Positions 63,544 through 64,000 of a stretch of 64,000 bases of DNA are shown in pieces. The position numbers and the translations under genes were made by a program. Location: NCBI RefSeq assembly GCF_963921235.1, contig NC_086097.1, positions 72,356,001 through 72,420,000 of the forward strand. The letters run 5' to 3'. The DNA comes from Mobula hypostoma (taxonomy: Eukaryota). Position 1 is the first letter of the stretch. Each line of letters starts with the position of its first letter. The notes under the pieces are model-generated. The model made no database searches. It was not told the origin of the DNA and was given only the letters and a program-made list of their open reading frames with translations.

Positions 63544-63740
63544 AGAAAAATAAAAATAAATAATATATATTTGAAGCAAAACCTGTTCACAAACATTTTG
63601 CTGAAATTATTTCAAAATTCTCACATTTGCTGATTATTTCAGTACAGAAAAATAAAAATAAATGTTTTTAAGCGAAACCTGTTCACAAACACTTTTGAGA
63701 TAATTGTTGCAAATTTTCCCATTTACTGATTATGTTTTCG
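63544..63740. repeat. Diverged tandem duplication, period ~102 bp
   Basis: AGAAAAATAAAAATAAA...AAACCTGTTCACAAACA...CATTT.CTGATTAT occurs from 63544 and again from 63646. Confidence 0.8.
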
Positions 63741-64000
63741 ATTGACCATAAGTAGATTAACAGCTCTTATTACATTTGCTGAAAATCTGGTAGTTATTCA
63801 CTGTAGCTTAGGTGGAGTGATATTTGCTGAATATTATTTTTTCTTTCCTCTGACTGAGTCTTGAAAAATGTACATTTTTTTTCATGAGAAATTACCAAAA
63901 CAGATGGCAGGAGAGAAGTGTATTGTGGAAGATGTAGCTTGTGAAGAATAAGACCCATGTATGCTGGAGAGCTACTTAGCCTAAGGTTTTTTTTTGCCTT

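Larger units (their letters stand above)
7793..64000 (+). other. NOVA1: NOVA1 intron 2 (continues beyond window)
   Basis: Donor at 7793. No sequence encoding the expected continuation of KH1 (GTTERVCL...) was found downstream. Confidence 0.75.

Noticed and set aside
1..64000. CRISPR arrays, tRNA/rRNA genes, prokaryotic operons or retrons
   Set aside because: None seen. The window is eukaryotic intron-rich DNA, and all RT-like sequences belong to PLE, CR1, Rex1/Babar or Gypsy retroelements.

Overview
This is vertebrate genomic DNA, and the repeat content suggests a cartilaginous fish, probably a ray (inference). It holds the 5' end of NOVA1 on the + strand: a CpG-rich promoter, coding exon 1 (6209-6344), exon 2 (7649-7792, start of KH1) and the first ~56 kb of a very large intron 2. 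No exon 3 was found. The promoter and first ~6 kb of intron 2 are almost free of transposons; the rest of the intron is packed with nested CR1-type LINEs, Rex1/Babar LINEs, a Gypsy pol remnant, a Harbinger-type non-autonomous transposon and a 70-bp Tc1-type MITE. The most notable feature is a Penelope-like element (PLE) system. A young 3.66-kb copy (20212-23872) has an RT, a GIY-YIG endonuclease, ~600-bp inverted pseudo-LTRs, a 31-nt 3' tail and a 14-bp target-site duplication (TSD). Each pseudo-LTR carries an intact minimal type I hammerhead ribozyme motif. The window also has about a dozen short derivatives, several with 12-15 bp TSDs, that are fold-back hairpins whose inversion point repeatedly falls on the hammerhead motif. 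NOVA1's own 5' leader carries a dense YCAY cluster and a 19-codon uORF. Boundaries of old, decayed repeats are approximate.
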